Below, in pieces: positions 27,670-38,556 of a stretch of 64,000 bases of DNA. The position numbers and the translations under genes are program-made. Position 1 is the first letter of the stretch; each line of letters begins with the position of its first letter. Where the stretch lies: the NCBI GenBank assembly GCA_040386535.1, contig JAZKFH010000037.1, positions 10,430 to 74,429 of the forward strand, given 5' to 3'. The notes under the pieces were generated by a model. That model saw only the letters and a list, made by a program, of their open reading frames with translations, was not told where the DNA came from and did not search any database. Source of the stretch: Myxococcota bacterium. Lineage in GTDB: Bacteria; Myxococcota_A; UBA796; SXON01.

Positions 27670-30651
27670 TCAGAAGCTCTCGACCGAGAACAGGTAGGCC
27701 GCGCCTCCCCAGCTCGCGCTTGCCGAGTTGTACGGCGCGCCGAACAGGATCGCGTCGCCCGCCCCGCCCTGCCACCCGACGTAGGCCACCGCCTGGCCGA
27801 GCATCTGGCCGGCGGCGCCCGGGGTGATGGTGATGTCCGAGTCGTCGGGCGTGAGCGAGCCCGCGAGCGGGCCGAAGAACACCTCGATCGCGCCGCCCCA
27901 CTCGCCGTCGGTCCGGTCGGTGATGTCCCCGACGATGAGGTCCGCGGTCCCGTCACCGTCGAAGTCACCGTCCATCGCCACGCTGCACCCGAACCAGTTC
28001 GAATGCATGTCGCGGATGCGGATCCCGGTGCTCGCCATGGTGGCCGTGCCGGTGAGCGGGCCGGGGAGCACGAACACCGAGTTCTCCTCGTAGGTGTAGT
28101 TGCCGTTGCCGCCCGACGCCACGTCCGGGTAGCCGTCCCCGTTGATGTCCCCGCCGCCGGACAGGGCGTACCCCTGCGACATGCCCGCGGTGCCGGAGCG
28201 CTTGCCGTCGGCGAGGGAGAGCGGCACGGTGCCCGTGACGGGGCCGAGGACGAGGTAGACGGCGCCCTGGCGGGGGACGAGGTACGGCGCCGCGATGACG
28301 AAGTCGTCGAAGCCGTCTCCGTCGCTGTCACCGATGCCGTCGATCACCTCGCCCGCGCGGTCCCCGACGGTCTCGGCGGTGAACGTCGCCGTCGCCGAGG
28401 TGATCGCGGTGGTGCCCGCGATGATCCCCGTGAAGAGGTAGGCGTCGTCGCCCGAGTTGGTCCCGAGGTCGGCGAGGCCGTCGCCGTCGACGTCCCCGAC
28501 GCCGCCCACTGCGTAGAGCCCGATCGAGCCGGAGAGGCGCCCGGTGAGCTTCGCGTGGGCGTCCGCCAGCGAGGCGGTGCCGGTTGCCGGGCCCCGGAGG
28601 ATGTAGGCGGCCCCGTAGTTCGCGCCCGCGTCGTCGTCCCCGTGGGCCGCCACGGCGACGTCGTCCAGGCCGTCGCCGTCGACGTCCCCGAGGCCGGCCA
28701 CACCGTAGCCGGCGTAGTCGCCCTCGGACTCGCCCTCGAACGTGCCGTCCAGGCTCGCGGTGGTGCGGTCGCCGACGCCACCCCCGAGCACGGTCCACGC
28801 CGTGCCGTTCCCCTCGCGCCCGGAGAAGATCAGGTCCCCCAGGCCGTCGCCGTCGAGATCCCCGGCCCCGTCGAGCCGGAAGCCGACCTGCACCTCCAAG
28901 CCCGCGCCCGTGAACGTGCGGTCCGCGCTCGCGACGGTGGCGTCGCACAACCCGATGCCGTCGCAGTTCTCGTCCGCGGTCGTGCCGCACACCTCGACCT
29001 CACCGGGATTGATCCCGTCGTCTCCGTCGTCGCAGTCCTCCGCGTCCCCGACATGGCTCGCCGGCCGGTCACAACGGGCGACGGCGCTGTCCACGTCCCC
29101 GTAGTCGTCGCCGTCGAGGTCGGCGTACCAGGTCGTCGTGGAGGTGCTCGAGACCGAGCCGTCGGCGTCGTCGGCCAGGCCGTCGCAGTCCTCGTCGGTG
29201 TTCCCGGCGTCGCACACCTCGGCGTTTCCGGGGCTGCGCGCCGCGTTCGTGTCGTCACAGTCCGTGGAGAGTGGGGCGTAGCCGCTGGGCGCGTCGCAAC
29301 GCGCGAGGGTTTCACCGGTGGCTCCGTACCCGTCCACGTCGGCATCCGCATACCACGTCCGGTACCCCGAGCTGTCGACCGAGGGGTCGGCGTCGTCGGC
29401 CAGCCCGTCGCAGTCCTCGTCGGCGTTCGTCGCGTCGCAGAGCTCGGCCGCGCCGGGCCGGATCAGGGTGGACGCGTCGTCACAGTCGTCGTCGTTCGCG
29501 ACGTGGCCTCCGGGCAGGTCACACGCCGCGGTGACGGCGCCGGCGTCCCCGTAGCCGTCTCCGTCGGCGTCCGCGTACCAGCCGGTCTTCCCAGTGGCGG
29601 TCGAATCCGCGTCGTCGGCGACCCCGTCGCAGTCGTCGTCGAGGTCCGCCGCGTCGCAAGCCTCCGTCGCCGCGGGGGAGACGGCGGCATCCCCGTCGTC
29701 ACAGTCCGCGCCGCCCGCCACGTACCCTTCGGGTGCGTCGCAATCGACGGTGCTCGACGTGGCGTCGCCGTGGCCGTCCCCGTCGGTGTCGCGGTACCAG
29801 GTGGCCACGTCGATCGCGTCGTCCTCGTCGATGGTCCCGTCGCAGTCGTCGTCCTCGCCGTCGCAACGCTCGTCCGCTCCGGGGTGCACCGCGGAGGAGA
29901 GATCGTCGCAGTCCGTCCCCGCCGCGACGTGCCCGGTCGGCGCCACACAAGCCTCCACGGACACCGCCGCGTCGCCGTGCCCGTCGGCATCGTCGTCCAG
30001 GAACCAGCTCGGCGCGTCGACGGCGCCGTCCTCGTCGACCGCGCCGTCACAGTCGTCGTCGATCTCGTCGCAGAGCTCGTCCGCGCCGGGGTGGACGAAG
30101 GCGGCGCCGTCGTCACAGTCGGTGTCGTCGGCCACCCACCCGTCCCCAGCGTCGCACACGCTCCCGGTCTCCGCGGGGTCGCCGAAGCCGTCCCCGTCTT
30201 CGTCGCGGAACGCGGGGAGCCCGCCCGTGGCGTCGGGATCGGCGTCGTCCGCCAGCCCGTCGCAGTCCTCGTCGGCGTCGGCGTCGTCGCAGGCCTCGTC
30301 CGCGTCCGGATTCACGCGCGGATCCGCGTCGTCGCAGTCCCCGTCGATCGTCGAGTAGCCGTCGGTGGCCTCGCACGCGCCCGCCGCGCTCCCACCGGCG
30401 CCGTAGCCGTCGGCGTCGGTGTCGCGGAAGACGGTGATCCCGCCCTCGGCGTCGGGATCGGCGTTGTCGGCGGCCCCCGAGCAGTCCTCATCGACATCGC
30501 CGGCGTCGCAGACCTCCGTGGCACCCGGGTGGACGTTGGTGTTGCCGTCATCGCAGTCTTCACCGGCGGGGTAGCCGTCGCCGTCCGCGTCGAGCTTGTC
30601 GTCGGGACCGCCGGAACACGCGACCAGGAGCAGGAGGAGGAACGAGCGCAT
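27670..30651 (-). CDS. Large surface lipoprotein: about eight DCDD metal-binding-motif repeats plus FG-GAP propeller
   Basis: LLVAC; repeated DxDGDGYG..C..DCDD..PGA.E.CD..DxDCDG; C-terminal GDxDGDG repeats. Confidence 0.92.
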   Translation of the reverse strand: MRSFLLLLLVACSGGPDDKLDADGDGYPAGEDCDDGNTNVHPGATEVCDAGDVDEDCSGAADNADPDAEGGITVFRDTDADGYGAGGSAAGACEATDGYSTIDGDCDDADPRVNPDADEACDDADADEDCDGLADDADPDATGGLPAFRDEDGDGFGDPAETGSVCDAGDGWVADDTDCDDGAAFVHPGADELCDEIDDDCDGAVDEDGAVDAPSWFLDDDADGHGDAAVSVEACVAPTGHVAAGTDCDDLSSAVHPGADERCDGEDDDCDGTIDEDDAIDVATWYRDTDGDGHGDATSSTVDCDAPEGYVAGGADCDDGDAAVSPAATEACDAADLDDDCDGVADDADSTATGKTGWYADADGDGYGDAGAVTAACDLPGGHVANDDDCDDASTLIRPGAAELCDATNADEDCDGLADDADPSVDSSGYRTWYADADVDGYGATGETLARCDAPSGYAPLSTDCDDTNAARSPGNAEVCDAGNTDEDCDGLADDADGSVSSTSTTTWYADLDGDDYGDVDSAVARCDRPASHVGDAEDCDDGDDGINPGEVEVCGTTADENCDGIGLCDATVASADRTFTGAGLEVQVGFRLDGAGDLDGDGLGDLIFSGREGNGTAWTVLGGGVGDRTTASLDGTFEGESEGDYAGYGVAGLGDVDGDGLDDVAVAAHGDDDAGANYGAAYILRGPATGTASLADAHAKLTGRLSGSIGLYAVGGVGDVDGDGLADLGTNSGDDAYLFTGIIAGTTAITSATATFTAETVGDRAGEVIDGIGDSDGDGFDDFVIAAPYLVPRQGAVYLVLGPVTGTVPLSLADGKRSGTAGMSQGYALSGGGDINGDGYPDVASGGNGNYTYEENSVFVLPGPLTGTATMASTGIRIRDMHSNWFGCSVAMDGDFDGDGTADLIVGDITDRTDGEWGGAIEVFFGPLAGSLTPDDSDITITPGAAGQMLGQAVAYVGWQGGAGDAILFGAPYNSASASWGGAAYLFSVESF

Positions 30652-30729
30652 GGGCGGCCTCGAAGGGGCGCGCACTGTACCGGATCCTGGGGGGCGTGGT
30701 CGACGGGGCGCGGGCCAATCACGCCCTGT

Positions 30730-31470
30730 TCATCGCTCCGTCCGCGCCTGCAAAATCGCCAACGCCGCCACCACCGCCATCTCCACGCGCAACACACGCT
30801 TCCCGAGGTGCAGGAGCGTGGCGCCGTGGTTGCGCAGCCGCGCGCGATCCGCGGGCCCCCAGCCGCGCTCGGGGCCGAGCGCCAGCACGTTTGGAGGAAG
30901 GGGATCGGTGCCGGCCACGCCCTCGGGCTTCCAGCGCCCCAGGTGCGCCTCGGCCTCGTAGTTGTCCAGGGCGAGGCACGCCCCGTCCGCCTCGGAGGCG
31001 AAGGAGGTGAGCGCCTGCCCCAGCGTGTGCGTCCACGTCACGACGGGCAGCCGCGTGTCGAACGCCTGGGCCGCGCCCACGAGGAGGTGCCGGCGCCACT
31101 CGCCGTCGCGCCAGATGGTGCTCGTGGCGTAGTTGGGGTCGGTGCGCTCGGTGGCGACGAAGTGGATGGCGGCCACGCCGCACGTGGTCGCGTCGCGGAG
31201 GATGTCGCGCGCGGTGGGGGGGCGCGGGAGGCCGATCAGCAGGGTGATCGGGGGGAGCGGCGGCGGCTCGCGCACGGGCACGAACGAGAAGGCGAGCGCG
31301 TCGGCGCCGATGGTTTCGAGGGTGCCGGTGCCGATGGGGCCGTTCACCACGCCGGCGTGGAACGTGTCGCCCTCGCGACGGCGGAGCACGTCGAGGATGT
31401 GGCGCGCGCGCACGTCGGTGCGGGGGAGGGGGGCGCCGAGCTCGGCGGGTTCGAGGAGGACGAGGTTCAC
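30730..31470 (-). CDS. rsmE: 16S rRNA m3U1498 methyltransferase
   Basis: HILDVLR, LALGPERGW, LGKRVLRVEMA SPOUT motifs. Confidence 0.9.
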   Translation of the reverse strand: MNLVLLEPAELGAPLPRTDVRARHILDVLRRREGDTFHAGVVNGPIGTGTLETIGADALAFSFVPVREPPPLPPITLLIGLPRPPTARDILRDATTCGVAAIHFVATERTDPNYATSTIWRDGEWRRHLLVGAAQAFDTRLPVVTWTHTLGQALTSFASEADGACLALDNYEAEAHLGRWKPEGVAGTDPLPPNVLALGPERGWGPADRARLRNHGATLLHLGKRVLRVEMAVVAALAILQARTER

Positions 31471-31613
31471 GGGCCCATCGGTAGGGGGCGCGCCTATCCC
31501 GATGGGGCCGCCGCCGGCGCCGCCCTCACGTGTGCCCTCTCCTGTGTGACGCAGCGCCTCGATCGGCTCCCCGACAAGGGGGGCCCCACTCGGGATAGGT
31601 GGCGAGCCACCGG

Positions 31614-32915
31614 ATGCCCCTTCCCATCGCCATCAACGACCTCCTGAACGGCAAGACCGTGGAGTGGGCGCGCCTCGAATTCAAAGCAGCGTGGAACCCC
31701 CTCGCCGTGCTCCACACGCTCTGCGCTTTCGCCAACGACCATGACAACCTCGGCGGCGGGTACATCGTCATTGGGGTGGCGGAGCAGGACGGTCGCCCGG
31801 TGCTCCCACCGGTGGGCCTGCCCCCCGGGAGCCTGGACGCCATCCAGAAGGAGCTTTTGAACCTCGGCCACACGGCGATCGAGCCCAGCTACCACCCGAT
31901 CGTCGCGCCGTACGAGGTAGACGGCCGGCACATCCTGGTGCTCTGGGCCCCCGGCGCTCAGGCGCGCCCCTACCGTGCCAAGGAGTCGCTCGCGAAGTAT
32001 GAACGCGACTCTTCCTGGTTCATCCGCAACGGTGCCCGCACCGTGGTCGGGCGCGCGTCCGACCAGCTGGGGCTGATCTCGCTCGCAGACACCGCACCGT
32101 TCGACGAGCGGGTGAACAAGTACGCGACGGTGGCCGATCTGGACCGGGGCCTGATGGTCGCGTTTCTCGAGGAGGTTCGAAGCGACCTGCGTGGGCCCGC
32201 CGCCACGCTGCCCCTCGTGGAGCTCGGGCGGCGGATGCACGTGGTCGCGGGCTGGTCGGAATGGACGTACCCGCTGAACGTGGGGTTGCTCTTCTTCAAT
32301 TCCGCGCCTCACCGCTTCTTCCCGGGCACCCAGATCGACGTCGTGTGGGTCCCGGAAGGTCCGGGGGCCAGTCCCCTCACGGAGAAGGAGTTTCGCGGGC
32401 CGATCCACCACATCCTCCGCGAAGCACTCGACTACATCAACCGCAACTACGTGTCGGTGACAGTGATCGGGCACGCCGATCGCGCCGAGGCCGACCGCGT
32501 GTCCAACTTCCCCCTCGACGCGATCCAGGAGGCGCTCGTCAACGCGATGTACCACCGGGCCTACGACGAGCGAAAGCCGGTCGAAGTCCGAATTGGTCGA
32601 AACGAGTTGTCGGTGAGGAGCTACCCCGGTCCCGACCGCTCGGTGAAGCTCGAAGCGCTCCGGGCCGGCCGGGCGATGCCGCGGCGCTACCGCAACCGGC
32701 GGATCGGGGAGATGCTCGAGGAGTTGGACCTCACCGAAGGGCGCGGTACCGGCATCTCGAAGATCATCGGCGCGATGCGGGAGAACGGGTCGCCCCCTGC
32801 TGTGTTCGAGTTCGACGAGCACCACGACTACTTCCTGGTGACCCTGCCCGTGCACCCGAAGGCCGCCCGCCTCACGGTGGATGTCGTGGGAGAAGGGCCG
32901 GCCGTCACCGAGTGA
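31614..32915 (+). CDS. AlbA_2 (Schlafen-like) plus HATPase_c_4 (RecG C-terminal-like) protein
   Basis: VEWARLEFK..CAFAND..GGYIVIGV; EALVNAMYHRAY; YRNRRIGEML.EL.LTEGRGTGI. Confidence 0.88.
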   Translation: MPLPIAINDLLNGKTVEWARLEFKAAWNPLAVLHTLCAFANDHDNLGGGYIVIGVAEQDGRPVLPPVGLPPGSLDAIQKELLNLGHTAIEPSYHPIVAPYEVDGRHILVLWAPGAQARPYRAKESLAKYERDSSWFIRNGARTVVGRASDQLGLISLADTAPFDERVNKYATVADLDRGLMVAFLEEVRSDLRGPAATLPLVELGRRMHVVAGWSEWTYPLNVGLLFFNSAPHRFFPGTQIDVVWVPEGPGASPLTEKEFRGPIHHILREALDYINRNYVSVTVIGHADRAEADRVSNFPLDAIQEALVNAMYHRAYDERKPVEVRIGRNELSVRSYPGPDRSVKLEALRAGRAMPRRYRNRRIGEMLEELDLTEGRGTGISKIIGAMRENGSPPAVFEFDEHHDYFLVTLPVHPKAARLTVDVVGEGPAVTE

Positions 32916-32985
32916 GCCTCGCGTGGGACGGGGGCACCCATCCCCCGCGCTTGACGGCCCAGCGAGGGTGGGGAAGAGTGTGGGG

Positions 32986-34062
32986 ATGGGGGGGCTTTCT
33001 GTCTATGCGCTGATCTGCTTCGTCGCGGCCCTCTTCGGCCTGGTGATCTTCGCAGGCTGGCCGCTCGCGGTGGTTGCGCACGAAGCCGGACACGTCCTCG
33101 CGGCCCGCCTTGCGGGGCTGCGGACGTATCGAGTGGACATCGGCCAGGGGGCGCCCCGCTTCGTGCGCAACGTACGCGGCGTCCACCTCGTGGTGCATCG
33201 CGACATCTTCGAGGGAAGTCACACGTGGGTCGCGGCTGACCACACTGAGGGATGGCGGTGGCGGCGGACGTTGACATGTGTGGGAGGTCCACTCACCAAC
33301 ATCCTGATTTGCGTCGCACTCGTGGCCGCGGCCTGGCGATTCGACAACATTTTCCTGACACTCGTGCTCGGTCTCGTCGCGTGTCCGCACGGAATCGTCG
33401 TGGCCCTCGAGCTCCTTCCGTTCGCACGGGTGCCGCCCACCGACGCGGTCCAAATCTGGCGGGTGCTCACCCGCTCCGACGCCTCGATCAGCCAAGACGT
33501 GAACGAGGCCCTCGCGTTCGAGCTTCGGGACCTGTTCCAGAGCGGACGGGGCGAGGAGGCGCGCGCACGTTCGGTCCATCTGGTGACCCTGGAGCCGGAA
33601 AATTTCATGGCCAACGTCGCGGTCGGGGAGTTCGACTTCGAGGCCGGCCGCTGGGCATCCGCCGCGGTGCACCTCCGGCGCGCCGTCGCGGACCCCGAGT
33701 TCGACGAGCTGTCCACCGAGTCGCGGGCCCTCTTGCTCCACCACCTCGCATCCGCGCTCACGTTCGGCGACGACCCCGCGGGCTTCACCGAGGCGCTCGT
33801 GGCGGCGGAGGCGGCGCTCGCGCTCACACCGGACGACCTCCTGGTGCTCACCACGTGTGGGATGGCCCGCGTACGCGCCGGGCACGTCGACGAAGGGGTT
33901 GCGCTGCTCGAGCGCGTCTGGGAGGCCTCCCATGACTGCGTCCCGGATTCGCGCGAGGCCTCCGCGCGCAGCCTCGCCGCATGTGCTCTCTGGCTCGCCT
34001 GCTTGCGTCGCGACGACCAGGAGGGTGCCGACCGCTGGTGCGCCATCGCCAACGGAGCGTGA
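32986..34062 (+). CDS. M50 site-2 protease-like membrane protein with TPR C-terminus
   Basis: HEAGH in a TM segment; GGPLTN; LLPF..PTD; helical repeats. Confidence 0.8.
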   Translation: MGGLSVYALICFVAALFGLVIFAGWPLAVVAHEAGHVLAARLAGLRTYRVDIGQGAPRFVRNVRGVHLVVHRDIFEGSHTWVAADHTEGWRWRRTLTCVGGPLTNILICVALVAAAWRFDNIFLTLVLGLVACPHGIVVALELLPFARVPPTDAVQIWRVLTRSDASISQDVNEALAFELRDLFQSGRGEEARARSVHLVTLEPENFMANVAVGEFDFEAGRWASAAVHLRRAVADPEFDELSTESRALLLHHLASALTFGDDPAGFTEALVAAEAALALTPDDLLVLTTCGMARVRAGHVDEGVALLERVWEASHDCVPDSREASARSLAACALWLACLRRDDQEGADRWCAIANGA

Positions 34063-34084
34063 TCGACCGGCCCTCCCGGGGCTC

Positions 34085-35842
34085 CTAGCGCTGCCCCGTC
34101 TGCAGCCGCCACAACGCCGCGTAGTGCCCGTCCCGCGCCAACAACGTGGCGTGATCGCCCGTCTCCACGATCCTTCCTGCCTCCATCACGTGGATGCGGG
34201 TGGCATGCCGCACGGTGGACAACCGGTGCGCGATGATCAAGCTGGTACGCCCGATCACCAGCGTGTCCAACGACCGCTGGATCGCCGCTTCGGTCTCGTT
34301 GTCCACCGCGGAGGTGGCCTCGTCCAGGATGAGGATCGGCGGGTTCTTCAGGATCGCCCGCGCCAACGCCAGCCGCTGCCGCTGCCCGCCCGAGAGCTTC
34401 ATCCCCCGCTCGCCCACCTGCGTGTCGTAGCCCTGGGGGAGGGCCGCGATGAACGTGTGCGCCTCGGCGGCGGTCGCCGCGGCCACGATTGCCTCGCGTG
34501 GGCAGCCGGTGAGCCCGTAGGCGATGTTGTCGGCGACGCTGCCGTCCGTCAGGAAGCTGTCTTGAGCGACGTACCCGATGTTCCGGCGCAGGTCGGAGAG
34601 GGCCAACGTGTGAATCGGCTGGCCATCCACGCGGATGCTGCCCGGCGTGGTGTCGTACAGCCGCAAGAGGAGCTTCGTGAGCGTGCTCTTGCCGCTCCCC
34701 GTGCTCCCGACGAACGCGACGGTCTCGCCCGGGGCGATGGTGACGCTCACGTCCTCCAGCGCGTGCGCGGCGCCCTCGCCCCCGTAGGAGAAGCGCACGT
34801 GGTCGAACACGACTTCTCCGCGAACCGTCGGCAGCGCGGCGCCGTCGTAGCCGATGGCGAGAGGCGTCTGGAGCAGGTTCATCACGCGGTCGATCGAGGA
34901 CATCGAGCGCTGGTACAGATCGGTGAGGTCGGCCAGCCGCGTGAGCGGCCAGAGCAGGCGCTGGGTGAGGTAGACGAGCACCGAGTAGCTGCCGACGGCC
35001 AGCGCGCCGTCCAACGTGAGGAACCCGCCGTAGAGCAGCGTGATGGTGAAGCCGGCGAGGATCGCCACGCGGATCACCGGCGTGATGGCGGCCGACAGCC
35101 GGATGGCCTCGCGGTTGCGCGCACGGTAGGTGTCGGAGGCGTCGCGGATGTGTTCGGCCTCGAAGTCCTCCGCCGTGTAGGCCTTGATCGTCGCGATCCC
35201 CTGGAGGTTGTTGGAGAGCCTCGCCGACATCGCCCCCGCGGCGGCGCGCACGGCGGCGTACCGCGGCGCGAGGCGGTTCTGGAACCAGAACGCACCGAAC
35301 AGGATGAAGGGGACCGGCAGGAGCGCGAGCAGCGCCAGCTTCGGGCTCAACGCGAAGAACACGGCGCCCACCATGAGCGTGCCGACGAAGACCTGCAGCA
35401 CCTCGTTGGCGCCGCCGTTGAGGAAGCGCTCCATCTGGTTGATGTCGTCGTTGAGGATGGAGAGGAGGTTGCCCGTGCGGTTCCGCTCGAACCACGCCAG
35501 CTCGAGCCGCTGCACGTGGGCGTAGGCGTCCATGCGAAGCGCGTGTTGGAGGTTCTGGGCGAGGTTCCGCCACTTCACCTCGTACAGATACTGGAAGAGC
35601 GACTCGCCGAGCCAGATGACCACGGTGAGCCCGGCCAGCACCACGAGCTGCTGGCGCGGGTCCGTCACGCCGCCGCGGGCCAGGAACGAGTCGGTCCGGT
35701 TCACGACAACGTCGACCGCCACGCCGATGAGGACCTCGGGCAACACGTCGAAGAACTTGTTGAGGACCGAGTAGACGGACGCCAACACGACGTCGCGGCG
35801 GTAGCCGCGCGCGTAGGTGAACAGACGGGTGAGCGCGTGCAC
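34085..35842 (-). CDS. ABC exporter, fused permease/ATPase
   Basis: GSTGSGKST, LSGGQRQR, ILDEATS, IAHRLST; TM N-terminal domain. Confidence 0.95.
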   Translation of the reverse strand: MHALTRLFTYARGYRRDVVLASVYSVLNKFFDVLPEVLIGVAVDVVVNRTDSFLARGGVTDPRQQLVVLAGLTVVIWLGESLFQYLYEVKWRNLAQNLQHALRMDAYAHVQRLELAWFERNRTGNLLSILNDDINQMERFLNGGANEVLQVFVGTLMVGAVFFALSPKLALLALLPVPFILFGAFWFQNRLAPRYAAVRAAAGAMSARLSNNLQGIATIKAYTAEDFEAEHIRDASDTYRARNREAIRLSAAITPVIRVAILAGFTITLLYGGFLTLDGALAVGSYSVLVYLTQRLLWPLTRLADLTDLYQRSMSSIDRVMNLLQTPLAIGYDGAALPTVRGEVVFDHVRFSYGGEGAAHALEDVSVTIAPGETVAFVGSTGSGKSTLTKLLLRLYDTTPGSIRVDGQPIHTLALSDLRRNIGYVAQDSFLTDGSVADNIAYGLTGCPREAIVAAATAAEAHTFIAALPQGYDTQVGERGMKLSGGQRQRLALARAILKNPPILILDEATSAVDNETEAAIQRSLDTLVIGRTSLIIAHRLSTVRHATRIHVMEAGRIVETGDHATLLARDGHYAALWRLQTGQR

Positions 35843-35976
35843 GCGGCCTCCGGGGGGGTGCGCGCCCCCTTACCCGGTCGCGATGGCGGGCGAGTTCACT
35901 CGCCGTTGACGGAAAGTAGGGGCGCTTCGACCCAACCGGGGGCACACTGCGGCTCGAACCGGACAGATGCTCTTTG

Positions 35977-36864
35977 ATGCCTGCCAAGCCGCCCGCGCTA
36001 GCGCTCCTCACGCTCCTCTGCGCGTGCTCGCCAGCGCCCGTGGATACCGACGCGGCGATTGACACGTGGACCGACACCGGGACACCACCTGCGCCGGAAT
36101 ACCGGGAGATCGCCCCGCAGTGGACAGCGGAAGAGGCGGTGGCCTATCTCGAGGAGGTCTTCGCGTACGGATGGCTTGACCCCGTGTACACGTGGGGCGA
36201 ATTCAACGGCCTGCTCGCCTTCGGGGACGAGGAGTGCCCGGGGAACAACCTCCAGTCCATCTCCTCCCTCTGGGGGTGCTGGTCGGACTCGGGCTATTGG
36301 TACCTCGGCCCGGGGAGCTTCACCTGGCAGGAGTCCGAGGGAACCGACGCGGAAGGCGCCTACCTGTTGGAGGAACTGCGGACCCGCGAAGGCGATTTCG
36401 AGATCCTGACGCCAAGTGGTGAGCGTTTCGTCAGCGGTGCTTCGTACGAGTGGTCCCGGCTCACCTACCCCCGCCGCACGCTCGCCAGCACGGTCTTTCG
36501 GGGCAGCATGCAGTGGACTGGCAGCGATCGCGCCTGGCTGGCCAACTCGATGAGCGCCGCGCTCTGGACCACGGCCCAGATCGGCGGGGGCACCTCGGTG
36601 CGAATCATGGGGGCCTACGGAGTAGACGGCCACTACGTCTACTTCGAGGACCTGTTTTTCGACGGCGACAGTTGTGGTTGGCAGCCGAAGGGTGGCGCTG
36701 TCCACTTGCGCCAGGCCGACCAATCCAGCACCGTGCTGACATTCGACGATGACTGCAGCGGGTGTGTCGACGTGACCTGGGAGGACCAGGATTTGGGCCG
36801 AGTCTGCGCCGATTGGTCAGCCTACGCGTTGGACATCGCGAACACCACCACGGGCGCCCCATGA
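35977..36864 (+). CDS. Hypothetical lipoprotein
   Basis: LCAC lipobox; ATGA overlap with the next gene. Confidence 0.8.
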   Translation: MPAKPPALALLTLLCACSPAPVDTDAAIDTWTDTGTPPAPEYREIAPQWTAEEAVAYLEEVFAYGWLDPVYTWGEFNGLLAFGDEECPGNNLQSISSLWGCWSDSGYWYLGPGSFTWQESEGTDAEGAYLLEELRTREGDFEILTPSGERFVSGASYEWSRLTYPRRTLASTVFRGSMQWTGSDRAWLANSMSAALWTTAQIGGGTSVRIMGAYGVDGHYVYFEDLFFDGDSCGWQPKGGAVHLRQADQSSTVLTFDDDCSGCVDVTWEDQDLGRVCADWSAYALDIANTTTGAP

Positions 36865-38519
36865 CGTTGTTTGCACTGCTGTCCCTCTCGTCGTGCGGCG
36901 AGCCCGCGCCGGACTCGCCGGGCACCGCGCCGGATTCGGCGGGCCCCGCGGCGGACGCCCCACGCTTCGAGCCGCTGAGTGACCTTCGCTTCCTCCGCCG
37001 GCTGAGCCTGGATCTCCGGGGGACCCTCCCGTCGGTGGACGAATACCTGCAGGTCGAGTCCGACCCGGCCGCGATCCTGTCGCTGCGGGCCGCGTGGATG
37101 GAAGATCCCCTGTTCGAAGAACGCCTGGTGATGCTCCTGGGTGAGCGCTGGCACACGCTGATCGACGAGTTCGACGGTTTTTACTACGACTTTCAACTCA
37201 GTGGGGACCAACGGTACGACTTCCAGCGTTCGGTCGGACAGGAGCCCCTCCGCCTGCTCGCGCACGTCGTCACCGCCGATCTGCCCTGGTCAGACGTCGT
37301 CACCGCCGACTACACGATGGTGAACCCGCTCCTGGCCGACATCTGGCCCGTCGAAGGATACCCGGAAGGCGGCGAGGGTTGGCTTCCCGCCACCTACACG
37401 GACGGCCGCCCGGCGGCCGGAGTCCTCGCGACCAATGGGTTGTGGTGGCGCTACTCGTCGACCACGTTCAACCAGAACCGCGCCCGCGCCGCGGTCATCG
37501 CGCGGCTCCTCGTCTGTGAGGATCTGCTCACACGCCCGGTGACCTTTGCCGGCAGCGAGGAGCTGTTGCTCGCCGAGGACACGAGCAGCATGGTCCGCTC
37601 GGTGCCGGCGTGCCTGGCCTGCCACAGCACGGTCGAGCCGCTCGCGGCGGCGCTGTTCGGCTTCTACCTGATCCAACCCGCCAGCGCCTACGAGAAGACG
37701 CTGTACCATCCCGAGCGCGAGATCATCGGCCCGCTCGAACTCCAGGTGGAGCCCGCATTTTTTGGCACACCCGTGAACGGGCTGGAAGAGCTTGGCCGGG
37801 TGATCGCGGCGGATGAACGTTTCGCGGCCTGCGCGGTGGAGACCTTCACCGAGGCCCTGCTGGCGCGAGACACCACGCTCGACGATTTCCTGGAGACCGA
37901 ACGACTCCAGAAAGACTTCGTCGCGGGCGATTTGCGTGTCAAGCCGTTGCTCGCCGCGGTGATGGACATGCCGGAATACCGCGCGGGCGGCATCACCGAC
38001 GCGGTGACAGACACCGACGCGGATCAGCCCATGACGGCACGGATGGTGGGCGCGCCGCTGCTGCGGAGCATCTACCTCGATCTGACGGACTACGACTGGG
38101 TCATGTACGGTACGGCGCTCCTGGACGATGACCTGTACGGCGTCCGGGTGCTGGGCGGCGGCGTCGACGGCGAATTCATGCTCACGCCGCAGCAGGACCC
38201 GGGCATGACCTGGGCGCTGGTGGCAGAGCGGACCGCGCAGCTGATGGCTCAAGTGATTGTCGGCAATGAGCTGGTCGAGGGCGTGGGCCACGGCGACCTG
38301 CTGTCCGGGGCGAGCCTGGCGCTGCCATCGACCGATCCCGCGTGGGAACAGGTCGTGGGCCTCCTGCATCTACGCTTGTTCGGGGAGCGGCCGGACGTGG
38401 AGCGCCTCGCAGCATACGCCGATCTCTTCGAACGTCTCCAGGTCGGCGCGGACGCCGAGACCGCCTGGACCGGCCTGCTCGTGGCGATGCTGCGGGATCC
38501 TGAGTTTCTCGCCTACTGA
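36861..38519 (+). CDS. DUF1549/DUF1588-like lipoprotein with a c-type heme motif
   Basis: LSSC lipobox; LRRLSLDLRGTLPS; AGVLAT; CLACH. Confidence 0.8.
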   Translation: MTLFALLSLSSCGEPAPDSPGTAPDSAGPAADAPRFEPLSDLRFLRRLSLDLRGTLPSVDEYLQVESDPAAILSLRAAWMEDPLFEERLVMLLGERWHTLIDEFDGFYYDFQLSGDQRYDFQRSVGQEPLRLLAHVVTADLPWSDVVTADYTMVNPLLADIWPVEGYPEGGEGWLPATYTDGRPAAGVLATNGLWWRYSSTTFNQNRARAAVIARLLVCEDLLTRPVTFAGSEELLLAEDTSSMVRSVPACLACHSTVEPLAAALFGFYLIQPASAYEKTLYHPEREIIGPLELQVEPAFFGTPVNGLEELGRVIAADERFAACAVETFTEALLARDTTLDDFLETERLQKDFVAGDLRVKPLLAAVMDMPEYRAGGITDAVTDTDADQPMTARMVGAPLLRSIYLDLTDYDWVMYGTALLDDDLYGVRVLGGGVDGEFMLTPQQDPGMTWALVAERTAQLMAQVIVGNELVEGVGHGDLLSGASLALPSTDPAWEQVVGLLHLRLFGERPDVERLAAYADLFERLQVGADAETAWTGLLVAMLRDPEFLAY

Positions 38520-38556
38520 TCCTCTCCACACTGACCTTCTCCACCCTGGCGTGCCG

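Noticed and set aside
28003..31647. Very long alternative ORFs (also 582-2762, 2110-4200, 22182-24968, 43972-47820, 59029-61401)
   Set aside because: Antisense or off-frame shadows of real genes, expected at this GC content; Arg/Gly/Pro-rich with no motifs.
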